NCBI RefSeq assembly: GCF_006345805.1
Contig: NC_042998.1
Location: forward strand, 185,070,001 to 185,134,000
DNA: 64,000 nucleotides
Reading direction: 5' to 3'
From: Octopus sinensis
Taxonomy: Eukaryota
Shown here: one piece after another, positions 1-10,774 of the stretch
Position numbering within the stretch: the first letter of the stretch is position 1
Layout: every line of letters begins with the position of its first letter
Made by a program: the position numbers and the translations under genes
Notes under the pieces: generated by a model
Told to the model about the DNA's origin: nothing
Seen by the model: only the letters and a program-made list of their open reading frames with translations
The model's database searches: none

Positions 1-280
1 TTTCAAGGGCCCACAACTTTTTTCTATTCTCCCAAAGACTCTGAGGAACTTACACAAAGTAGATGTAGGGGTTTTTAAATCAAAGCTGGACCTCTTCCTG
101 TCGAGAGTCCCAGATGAACCTACCCCACGGCAAGAGGTGCAAACGAGGGTAGCTATATCAAACTCCATTCTTCACCAAGTGCCACATATTAGAGGAGGCT
201 CTTAGTAATGACAGTGTAGCAAAACGGCGGTGCATCAGCATGGCCACAGCTCTGAGCTGAAACTAGAGATAGAGAAAAAA
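1..280 (+). mobile_element. 3' end of a CR1/L2-group LINE (ORF2 C-terminus plus 3' UTR)
   Basis: Frame 2..205 is open: FKGPQLFSILPKTLRNLHKVDVGVFKSKLDLFLSRVPDEP...SNSILHQ, typical of invertebrate CR1/L2-type ORF2 ends. The 3' UTR has a stem-loop (CAGCTC-T-GAGCTG) and an A-rich tail. Exact clade uncertain. Confidence 0.7.
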
Positions 281-686
281 GCCACAGTACTGTAACTGAT
301 TCTCGTCAGTAATATAATTCTCAATAGTTGCTGTGGAGTCGTGTCAGTGGCAAGATGGCAGATGTGCAACGAAAATTTTTGGTATAATAGGTTTTAACAA
401 TTAAGAACTAAAACAAAAGTGAATATTACAATATTTGTGTTGTTAAAAGATTAAAATCATTCTTCCACCATGTAATTGTTCCAGTTTCAACAGACGCTCT
501 TTGAGCCAGCCACTTGCTGAACATAGAATATTCCGAAATACAAAAGGCTTCAGACTTTAATATAAAAGTTGATCTCTTCACAATATGCAAACATAGTTAG
601 AAGTTTTAGTTTGTACTCTTTTTTTTAGCCTGAAGGTAAAATATGCATTTAATTTTACTTCTTCGTACCAGCTGTGACCAAATATG

Positions 687-688
<2 letters not shown>

Positions 689-732
<44 letters not shown>

Positions 733-1170
733 TGTGTGTGTGTGTGGGGGTGTGTGTGTGTGGTGTGTGTGTGTGTGAGTGTGTGTGTGTCTGTGTGTGT
801 GCGTGTATGCTTTATACGCTTTGTATGTTTATAGAACATCTAAACAAGTCTGTAGTTGGGCTTTTATTGTATTTAGCAATATCAACATTTATTGTTGCAA
901 AAAAAAAAATTAATGAAAGAATACGAAAATATACAATCTCTCTGTGTCTCTCGTTTTTTTTTTCGTCTGTCACTCCCTCTTTCTCGGTATATATATATGT
1001 GTGTGTGTGTGTGTATTTGTGCCTATATGTGTGTATATGCGTATATGTGCTTATATGTGTGTATATGCACGTATGTTTCCATATATGTGTAGTTATTTTT
1101 ATATACATATATAAATGCATATATTTTTTATATACATATGTGTGTGTGTATGTGTGTGTGTGTGTCTGTG
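689..1170. repeat. (GT)n/(AT)n compound microsatellites
   Basis: Direct reading. Similar tracts recur throughout the window. Confidence 0.95.
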
Positions 1171-2043
1171 TGTTTTCTTTTTCCACCCTCTCTCTTATAA
1201 AGTGAGGGAAATTGAGAGAGAGAAGAAAGTAGAGAGAATTCCTTTTTCTCGTGTTACTGTTTTTATTTCTTCTTTTTTACCCTATCTTTCTTATGACGCT
1301 TCTCCTCCGCACTCCCCTTTATCTCCCTATCCTCTTTCTGCACCTCTCACCTTCTCTCATTTCCTACAACCCTCCTTACACCCCCTCTCTGTCCCTTTTT
1401 CTCTCTCTCTCCCTCTCTCTCCCTCTCCCTCTATGTCTTATATATATATATTTATCATTCCACGTAGAACTCATAAAATTCACATATAATCCGTTTCCCG
1501 CACAAGTTTCTTTACAACATTTCAAAGTCAGTCGTTATCATAAATGGCTGTTATTTTAATAGTAGTGGTTGTTGCTGTCGTAGTGGTTTGTTGTTGTCTT
1601 CGTGATTTGCTTGATTGTTGTTGATCTTCGTGTTGGAGTTGCTGTTTCCAGTGTTATTGTTGCTGTCGTTTGTTGGTCGCCATCGTCGTCCGCTTGTACA
1701 TAATTTCGCAGCTGATACAAGTATAGGATTACGAGCAAGTTACACGTTGCTATTTCATTAGACAAACTGTTGTGGTTTTCATTTGTAGGAGTATGTTGAT
1801 TATTCATAGCCTTACATTTTAAAAAAGAATTATCGAAGTAGTAAAGAACTATCAACACAAGACGTTATTGATTCTGACTGCGCAAACATGCACCACATGG
1901 ATTTTATATGCAACTCATTTATAAAAACCTATATGTTCGAAGAAAAGACAACTTTGAAATTCCTATCTACACCCACACACTCACGCACACACTCTTAAAT
2001 GCAACTATCCATAATTAGATACATATATGCATGTGCAATTGTG

Positions 2044-2103
<60 letters not shown>

Positions 2104-2108
2104 ATATA

Positions 2109-2254
2109 TATAAATTAACAATTGAGGATAAAACTTTAAAAGAAATTATCAGTAGTTAGCGTGAAAAATTTACGGATTTTTTCTCTTACGAGGTTTTTCA
2201 CGCTAACTACTGATAATTTCTTTTAAAGATTTTATCCTCAATTGTTAATTTATA
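2109..2254. repeat. Fold-back inverted repeat (~60-bp arms, ~25-bp spacer) abutting an (AT)n tract
   Basis: 2109-2168 is the reverse complement of 2194-2254 apart from one indel. Confidence 0.9.
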
Positions 2255-2650
2255 TTTTTCACCGGAATAGTTCAATACTGAATTTTTATTCCGAGTAAGC
2301 AATTTGTAACCGAAATGCATTGCGAATAAGCCCGCCATTTTCATAAATATGTAAAATAAACATTCGTACATGCTACGACGAATTCTACGGTTGGCTTTCG
2401 AGCTTGTAACGTTATGTTTTTTCTTATATATCTTGAGTTTGTTGCACTAATGAACATGGAATGCATATTCTGCATTAATTGCGAAATCACAGGTGATATG
2501 TAACTAAATTCTTTTTTTAAATGATTTGCTTTGAAGTTTTGCATTCGGTAAAATTTTGTTTATTTTCGTAGTTTTGACCGCATTGGTCCCTCTTAGAGTG
2601 TGGTATCTACGAATAGTAGATCCTCAATATAATATATAATTATATATTAT

Positions 2651-2699
<49 letters not shown>

Positions 2700-2802
2700 T
2701 TATATATATATATATATATATACAATTGCAGCGTGGAAGGGTTTGTAAGTCATTTAAGAAACACACAAAAGCCGTTCGATTCACTTCAACATTTAAGTTT
2801 AA

Positions 2803-2853
2803 TTTGTTAAAATATTTTCGTCGCTATAAGACCGCGACCTGTTCACTGACAAA
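2803..2853 (-). ncRNA. Second copy of the G3:C8 hammerhead motif, in the left palindrome arm
   Basis: Minus strand reads TTTGTCA GTGAACA G GTCGC GGTCTTATA GCGAC GAAA ATAT T T TAACAAA, with one stem I mismatch. Confidence 0.62.
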
Positions 2854-2873
2854 AATCCGGTGCAGCACGGATT

Positions 2874-2923
2874 TTTGTCAGTGAACAGGTCGCGGATTTT
2901 AGCGACGAAAATATTTTGACAAG
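2874..2923 (+). ncRNA. Minimal type I hammerhead ribozyme motif, G3:C8 core variant
   Basis: Stem I TTTGTCA/TGACAAG; core GTGAACA; extra G; stem II GTCGC-(8 nt)-GCGAC; GAAA; palindromic stem III A-ATAT-T; H17=U at 2916. Confidence 0.7.
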
Positions 2924-3066
2924 TCAAACTTAAATGTTGGAGTGAATCGAACGGCTTTTGTGTGTTTCTTAAATGGCTTACAAACACCTTCCACGCTGCA
3001 ATTGTTTTCGTTCCAGCACACGATCTCAGATCAAATCACTTGCTATGCGAGTACAGTACATCTCCG

Positions 3067-3116
<50 letters not shown>

Positions 3117-3316
3117 ATATATATATATATATATATGTATATACATGTATATATATGATGTATATATTTGTGGATATATATATATATGTGTGTGTGTCTG
3201 TATATATATATATATATATATATATGGGGGGGATGGGGTGTATATGTATGAATATGTATGCGTGTATGTATATGTATGCATGTATGTATGTGTATGCATG
3301 TATGTATGTATGTATG

Positions 3317-3896
3317 CATAAAGACTTGCTGAATGGTTCCTTGAGAGAAACTAGCATCTCTCCTGACACATGGGAGGGCATAGCTGCTGACCGTAGCAGG
3401 TGGAGAAGGATTATGCATGAGGGGACAGCTATTTTTGAGAAATCTCGAGTTGCACATGAGAAAGTGCGGAGGGATGTTAGGAAGGGCATCGCTGTTGCAC
3501 TTCCAAACGGTAAGGGTCTTCCTATGACGCTCACATGCAGTGTCTGTGCAAGACCCTACCTCAGTAAAGCTGGGCTCAAGAGTCATCTTCGTAGTCATAA
3601 AGCGAGACCGATAATTGACTACCAGGCTGCTGGTGGTGGTGCTACACACCATACTAATCATATCTGTCAGGCATGTAGAAGGGAGAGTGATTCGGCAGGA
3701 GGACTTAAACGACATGCAAAAGTACATGAAACCCAATTACAACTACAGCCGGCTATTGGCAGTAAAGGTTTTAGCTGCAAATTCTGTACAAGACATTGTA
3801 GATCTTTAGCTGGGCTAAAAAGTCACATTCAATCACAGCATCGTTAACAGATAAGCCTCGTGTAATGGCCATACTCGATAACGAGGGGCAGCCAAC

Positions 3897-3897
<1 letters not shown>
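3317..3897 (+). mobile_element. 5'-truncated RTE-clade LINE 3' end with three C2H2 zinc fingers, inserted in (TATG)n
   Basis: 3317-3847 is open: [35 protein letters not shown] (RTE C-terminal motif), then CSVC..H..H, CQAC..H..H and CKFC..H...H. A short UTR and a (TATG)n tail to ~4073 follow. Confidence 0.8.
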
Positions 3898-3959
<62 letters not shown>

Positions 3960-4028
3960 TGTATGTATGTATGTATGTATGTATGTATGCATGTATGTAT
4001 GTATGTATTTATGTATGTACGTACGTAC

Positions 4029-4059
<31 letters not shown>

Positions 4060-4250
4060 TGTATGTATGTATGTGTGTGTGTGTGTGTGTGTGTGTGAGT
4101 ATGAATGTATATGTATGTAGGTATAATTCTATCTTTGTTTTGATGTGTATCATATGTTGCAGCAGATTTTGTAGTTTGGGAAGGTCATTTTGCCAATAAA
4201 TATACACGGACTAATTCTATTTCATTTCTTTGTTATTTTTGAAATTCTGG

Positions 4251-4455
4251 AGAGCTGGCAGAACCATTAGCATGCCGGACAAAATGTTTTGCGGCATTTC
4301 GTCCGTCTTTACGTTCTGAGTTCAAATTCCACCGGGGTCGACTTTTCCTTTCATCCTTTCAGGGTCGATAAAATAAGTACCAGTTGAACACTGGAGTCGA
4401 TTTCATCGACTTGCCCCTCTCATAAAACCTGCTGGCCTTGTGCCAAAATTTGAAA
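4251..4455 (+). mobile_element. tRNA-derived SINE family A (GTTCAAATTCC B-box; CCTTTCATCC..GGGTCGATAAA..AAGTACCAG core)
   Basis: Matches many other copies in the window (12833-13036, 18372-19183, 26590-26750, 27055-27285, 35397-35796, 61925-62473). Confidence 0.85.
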
Positions 4456-4582
4456 TCGTTGTTAGTCAAATAGTTATTAAATTGACCATTTAACTAATCA
4501 ATTTGTTTAATCACTTAATTAATCGATTAACTGATTTGTCAGAATCGTTTCAGCATCATTCGCAGCTTCATCAATGACGTAC

Positions 4583-4689
4583 TCTTGTTGCTCTAGGTCT
4601 GTCATGATGTATCCAGTCTTGGATACATCGTAATAAACCAGAAGCACCAAGGACACATGATCCTTGAAATGATGGCGATGAAATGAACT
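4583..4689 (-). other. Weak candidate internal exon
   Basis: Minus strand has a pyrimidine tract ending ..TTTTGTCAG and a GTACGT donor. Two frames are open; one reads FISSPSFQGSCVLGASGLLRCIQDWIHHDRPRATR. No product recognised. Confidence 0.2.
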
Positions 4690-4917
4690 CTGACAAAACA
4701 ACAGAAAACGATTAATTACCCGGTTAGTCAAGAAATGGACTAGTTAATTAGTATTTAGTAAATTAGCCAATTATATTGGATAGAATTGAAACAGAAACTG
4801 TGCGTGTGTTATAATTAGTAAAATTACTCTTCCAAGTTACAATACATGTGTTTATTGTCGCTCGTGCGGGTGTACGTGTATGTGTGTGTATGTATGTGCG
4901 CGTGTGTGTGTGTGTGT

Positions 4918-4956
<39 letters not shown>

Positions 4957-4962
<6 letters not shown>

Positions 4963-5246
4963 ACCACCTGCATCATCTCTTGTGAAAGGTAGAAAAGTCC
5001 AGTTTGCTGGACGTTGTTGTAGAGCTGAAAACAAGGTAATTTCTACTCTTCTCCTCTGGAAGCCATCTGCTCGCGATACCAGAGGGTGCACACTCTCCTA
5101 CCCTGATGTAATCTCCAGGGATACAGGCATCCAGCAACAGGACCTCCGTAATGCTATGATGGACCGTGAAGTCTGGCGTAACATAGTGAATTCCATTGTC
5201 TCGACTACGGTTGAACAATGATGATGATGATGATGATGATGATGAT
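4957..5246 (+). mobile_element. 5'-truncated RTE/RTE-X LINE 3' end with (TGA)n tail
   Basis: VKGRKVQFAGRCCRAENKVISTLLLWKPS..SYPDVISRDTG...NAMMDREVWR, then a stop at 5221 and a (TGA)n tail. Confidence 0.8.
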
Positions 5247-5263
5247 ATGTGTGTGTGTGTGTG

Positions 5264-5294
<31 letters not shown>

Positions 5295-5399
5295 CGTGCG
5301 TGCGTGTGTGTGTCTTGGCATGCATTTATATACGTGTACAAAACGCTGAAGTGAAGAAGAAGAAGATAAAAGCTGCGGGTTTAGGAAGTCAATGCTCAT

Positions 5400-5550
5400 A
5401 GGCAACGTGGATGCCACCAGGAGAATGAAACCAGCCAGTTTACGCTTCCTCCAGAAATCTGTGTATGATGTACTTCCATCGCCTGGCTATTAAGCATTGG
5501 AGCCGGATCTCTACAAGTAATTGTGTACTTGTTAGGACAGCTTAGTTAGA
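5400..5550 (+). mobile_element. Decayed fragment of an RLE-type (HERO-like) non-LTR retrotransposon
   Basis: MKPASLRFLQKSVYDVLPSP resembles the 'FL..SVYDVLPSPANL..W' motif preceding the zinc knuckle. Frameshifted afterwards. Confidence 0.5.
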
Positions 5551-6692
5551 GCTGGCTTGAGTTACACTACCTGCTTACCTTAAAGCACTACGCCAATAAC
5601 CTACACGTTATAAGAACGCATCACACATCCACGCACACACGCACACACACACACACACATACCCGCATACATAAATACACACACTCACATGCAAATGCAC
5701 ACACAGCACTTAAACGCACCAAAATGAAACCATATATGTAAACCACCTACTGTTTCACAAAAATATGAGAACGCAAAAGGCTTACCAACTTGTTAATAAA
5801 ACAGTACAATTTTTCAACAGCTGTCCATATATAGGTTTTCATGTCTGTCAAATGTTTAATGGCTGTCAAAACAACGCTTCCAAACTATAGCAGAAATTAG
5901 GTGTTATTCTTCTCGGATTTTTTTTTTCCTGAAACATAATCAGGTATTTTATAACTTCTTAACGAACATCAAGTTTTGTAGATTTGCCCACCATAATGCT
6001 TGTTTGTGTCATTCGGTTATAAGAATTTTATATGTAATTTTGGTGACAACAGCTTTTAAGCTGTTGTTTTGAAACAGCACGGGTTACACATTTCGTTAGC
6101 TGTTGTTGGTGGTGTTGTTATTGATGATGATGATGCTTTGCGTTTGGCTTAGTCTTCATCTGAATTAGCAGTAAGTTTCTTCTCAAGGCAAATAAAATCA
6201 TTCACTGAATCAATAACACATGCCATGGACATAGAGCCAGTTTTAAAATTTTCAGTATGCAGGTTCAATGAATGAGTAATCTCCTCTCTCATTCGCTCTC
6301 TCCCAAATTTCCCTCACACTCTCGATATATCTATGTGGGTGGATGTGTGTGTGTGTGTGTGTTAATGGGTGAGCGTGTATATGCGCGTATGCGTTTGTGA
6401 GTTTTAAATACATGTATAAAATTTTATTTAATTTGTGGCGTAAAGCATAAATGTGCCTCACAACTTTACGTTTGAAGCGTGTACAATCTTATATACCTTA
6501 ATATATGCGAAATATTTCGAGATTACATATGTGTGTGTGCGCGTGTCGTGCGTTTGTGTGTGTTCACATATATGTATGTGTGTCTGTATGTATGTATGTA
6601 TGTATGTATGTATGTATGTATGTATGTATGTATGTATTAATGCATGTATGTATGTATCCCAAACAGCATTATCGAGGCATCGGCTATTTACT

Positions 6693-6771
6693 ATTACGGA
6701 GATGTACTTGCATAGCGAGTGACTTGATCTGAGATCATGTGATGGAACGAAAACAATTGCAGCGTGGAAGG
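6693..6771 (-). mobile_element. Fragment of the same family as 2722-3070
   Basis: Reverse complement of about 2987-3070 (ATTACGGAGATGTAC...ACAATTGCAGCGTGGAAGG). Confidence 0.85.
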
Positions 6772-7093
6772 CTATTTAGTGTTTTATGTTAAGCATAAAC
6801 ACCTGTTTATCGTGTCAATCTATCGGTTCTACATTGTCTCTTTTTAGTTTTGCTTTCTACAAGCATTCAGTATAACATATGGACATGTTTCCATAATCAT
6901 ATGAAGGATGGGTTGTTTGTATTGTGTTTATGAATTTTTAGATGTGCTTAGAGATTTGTAGCCCTGTATAACCTACATATCTGTAGATAGTCTTAACAGC
7001 ATTTATATTGAAGATTTTATGATATCTATTTGAAGTGGAAAAGTGTGTGATAATTAGCATTAGAAAGATTCTTCCTACATCTGCAGACACATC

Positions 7094-7601
7094 TACCGTA
7101 AATCCTCGAGTATAGTCCGCTCTTGAGTATAATACGCAGGGGATTTTTATGGTGCTGTACATCTGAAAAGCCTAAACCTTGTGTATAATACGCATCCCGT
7201 CTCTAACTTGAGTCAAGGAGTTCTATATAACGTCCTTGGTTTGTAAAAATGTATACGGTAACGTCCTTTATTATTATTGTATATATAACATAATGCAAAC
7301 GTGTAGCTTTTTTGTGTATTTTGTTTGCAGAAAATAAAGAAATAACAGTAATAACGTTTAATAAATGTTGCTTACTGCAAGTTATGGATTATTCTTTTAT
7401 GACTTCATTGCTTTTGGGCTTAGCTTAAGGTATTTTCGCGCCCGACATCACAAAATGCGTCTGAATAAACATTGCCAGACAGCAAATAGAGACTCGGATA
7501 TTGCTTAGAAAATATTTTTCATTTTTAACCTCGTATATAGTACGCACTAGGGATTTTGACCTTTAAATTTTGGGAAAAACATGCGGATTATACTCGAGGA
7601 T
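7094..7601. mobile_element. Non-autonomous pogo/Tigger-like MITE
   Basis: Left end TACCGTAAATCCTCGAGTATAGTCCGC; right end GCGGATTATACTCGAGGAT (inverted, last bases lost); subterminal GTATAATACGCA repeats. Confidence 0.6.
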
Positions 7602-8296
7602 GAGTAGGACTATACCAGATTATATTTTTATTTTTTGCTATGAATTGCTCGGTATTTGAATTTATCATTAAACTACCCATAACCAGAGGTTTATCAAGTA
7701 TGTGTATTTCTCTGTCTAGTGATTCATTATACGTTATTTAACATTGTAATTTGTTTTGTGGTTGCGAACGGGTTGTGGGAGTACTTGTTTGATTTTTTCT
7801 TCGCTGGAGTTACGATAGGGGTAATATTTACTCATGATTAGATTTAATGTTGTATATAAGAAATTAACTATTTCATGGAGTTTGTCTCTGCTATACCTGT
7901 TTATGCTGTAGAAACCAAGAGAGTCAAGACTATTGAAAAGGTTGCAAGACGCAACGAAAATTTTAGAAAAATAGAAAATAAGAAATAAGTGGAAATTTTA
8001 CCGGTGAGTGTGTTACATTATAAGGCACAAAAAGAAAATGGCTCTCCCCAGACACAACAAACCAAGAAAAAATTTTCATAAAATAATGACGACTTCTTTG
8101 CATTTATTATAATAACGATATTGATGTCGGTTATGGGGGGGATATTTTTCCAGTTTTTAAAGTTTTCAGAATATGATATTAAGCTGTTCAATAAGACGCA
8201 TAAGAAATTTAACATTGAACACCAGTGTCACAATGGTAATTTTATTGTCCATGGATAGGTTGTTGATGCCTCTGCCGAAGAAGAATGCCTATTATT

Positions 8297-8722
8297 ACAA
8301 TGTTGGGATCTTTTCGGTTTGAACGGCAGTTTTTTAACATAATTTCTAGGTGACTATCGTATACTGATAGAATGTGTTTATAAAACATCTTTTTCTCTTG
8401 GCTTTATTGGGAAAATTCTATAGTTTGTAAGATATTTGTTGTTTTTTTATTTCAATTTCTGCAATTTCACCCAATCACTGACGTCCATTGAGGTAAAAAA
8501 AAACATTCTGTACCGTATGAATATGTCCCTTGTTTAAGAAACAGATTGGGTTTATTTACATTTCTGATGAAAAAAAGATACCCTTGCCCCCCACCCCTAA
8601 CCCTAACCCTAAAACAGATTGAAATGCAATAGATCGATACTAGGGTCATAATTATGGGTGACAATTTCATATGACACCGCTAGAAAAAACTGCCGATCAA
8701 ACCGAAAAGATCCCAATGTTGT
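8297..8722. mobile_element. MITE with ~39-bp TIRs and internal (CCCTAA)3
   Basis: 8297-8335 and 8684-8722 are inverted copies with about 3 mismatches. Three CCCTAA units lie at 8595-8612. Confidence 0.7.
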
Positions 8723-8991
8723 CAATAAACTTTCAGTTTTTTTTTCTAAAAAAGCACCTAATATAGAGTTGTTTTGATTGCTTTGTGATGTATTTCTAGT
8801 AGGTGTATTAAAGAATGCCTTTTGTTGGTCATGCGACCTCAATTTATTTATCAACCAGTTTCATGATTCTCGATCGGCTAGACGGCAAGCGATGCTCAAT
8901 CTGTATGTGTGTGTGTATATATATGTATACATACGTACACACATGCATGTATAGATACACATATACACACACCGCACATATATATGTGTGT

Positions 8992-9058
<67 letters not shown>

Positions 9059-9436
9059 GAATGGTTGAGTAGCTCGGTTCGCAACAACAAGGTACAGCGT
9101 TCGATCCTGTTGTGTGACATCTTTGGTAAGTGTCGTCTTCTATAGCCTCGTGTAGATTTTATCCGGCGTGAGTGGAGCTGAGTAAACGGAAACTGTATAA
9201 AAACCCATCGAATAGATTGTTCCTGTAAGTCAAAGGTACAACATTCACACACACACGCTATCATGCTGATTCTGTCTGAGAAATACGTTAAGAGTACATG
9301 CTTCTTTGTCACGCTCAGTCACTTACATGCTATTCCAATGGCTAAGTCATCCAATTATTCAGTTAACCGAAATCATTGTTGACAGACCTACTGAATCCTG
9401 ATCGGCGAAATAGACGGAGATCCAACATATACCTAC

Positions 9437-9495
<59 letters not shown>

Positions 9496-9498
9496 TAA

Positions 9499-9746
9499 TG
9501 CGCCCTTTAAAAGCCTAGCTAGGCTCATGGGCCCGGTTTCCCGGTTTCAATGGCGTATGTGTTCCCCAGCTGGACGGGACGCCAGTGCATCGAAGCGTTA
9601 CTCATTTTTGCCAGCTGAGTGGACTGGAGCAACGTGAAATGAAGTGTTTTGCTCAAGAGCACAACGCGTCGCCCGGTCCAGGAATCGAAACCACAATCTT
9701 ATGATCATGATGCTGACACACTAACCACTAAGCCACGCGCCTCCAC
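9499..9746 (-). mobile_element. tRNA-derived SINE family C with (TTA)n tail
   Basis: Minus head GTGGAGGCGCGTGGCTTAGTGG...GGTTTCGATTCC (A/B boxes). The 3' part GGAAACCGGGAAACCGG is shared with 46894-47196. Confidence 0.8.
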
Positions 9747-10774
9747 GCGCACACACACACACACAACACACATACACACACACACACATACACATATATA
9801 TATATATATATATATATGTTTATACATATATATTTAGACTCAAGTGTTTTCCATAAATGAAAAAGTATAAAATAAACTGTAGAGATATCTTAGATTTTTA
9901 AAGTACTTTCTGTATATGGAAATATCTTAAGTGCCTTACGGGATTTGAACAATATTCTGACCACTTTTGAAGCAATGTAGTGAGACATTTTGGTTCAAAT
10001 GTAATTGAGACGATCTGCTCTTACTACAAGATACATAATTTATATATATGAAGGGCTACTTTACATGGTGAGATTTCTTTTAGAGATTGTGAGAATATGA
10101 TATTTGTTTACGTGATGTAAACTTGTGATAAATTAGCGTTTTTATAAATACCTATCCTGAAAGTGCATGTAATACATATGCCTCTTTTCGCGTGCGTGCG
10201 TGCGTGTGTGTATGTGTGTGTGTGTGCGCGCGCGCTCGTGTGTGTGTGTGTGAGAGCGCGTGTATGCTTCTCTCTTCATCAATAGGGCAAAATTAGTGTA
10301 GCAATTTTCTCTAGACAATTTCTCTACCGATGTATATGGAACACTGTTGTGATTTCGTAGGCAGTTGTTTGTTTGTCAATGTGTGTGTGTGTGTGTTTGT
10401 GAAAACATTAGCTAAAACATTACCAAATCTACAACATTCTTCTGGTGATATTAAATATACGTATGGTGTAGTAGCCAGTATAATATGGACTAGACTGATA
10501 ACAATGGACAACAAAGATTTTGCTACTGGGGTAAAAGCAAGTGTTTTAGACTAATTCGAGGATACTAATTCCGAATTCGCACTCAGAATTGTTCTAGCAC
10601 ATCAGGATTTTGAGTTATGAGCATGCACAAGGTTATAACTATACTGTCGGCTAGATATATGCCGTATTATAAAATTTGCTAAAATGAAAGCGGTCTTAAT
10701 TCAAAATTAAAGAAATAACAGTAAAACAAACGATGAGGAAGTTCATTATTTAGTTTAGCAATAGATGGCGCTGA

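Larger units (their letters stand above)
2722..3070. mobile_element. Penelope-like pLTR remnant forming a ~135-bp-arm palindrome, flanked by (AT)n
   Basis: Arms at about 2722-2858 and 2868-3005 are near-perfect inverted copies, each carrying a hammerhead motif. The distal part recurs inverted at 6693-6771. The Penelope assignment is inferred from this architecture. Confidence 0.65.

Noticed and set aside
606-1559. ORFs rich in HT/CV/YI repeats (and dozens like them elsewhere)
   Set aside because: Translations of (CA)n, (AT)n, (TATG)n and (CTAT)n microsatellites, which lack stops in some frames.
2270-2335. GAAA-TGCA-TT with partial stem I as a hammerhead
   Set aside because: No recognisable 7-nt core or stem II.
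2942-3316. N-terminal half of the 301-aa ORF as a host zinc-finger gene
   Set aside because: It is palindrome arm plus microsatellite, fortuitously in frame with the RTE fragment.
6046-6067. Perfect 10-bp-stem hairpin
   Set aside because: Plausible by chance in 64 kb of AT-rich DNA; no supporting context.
8595-8612. Telomere or chromosome-fusion remnant
   Set aside because: Only three units, inside a MITE.
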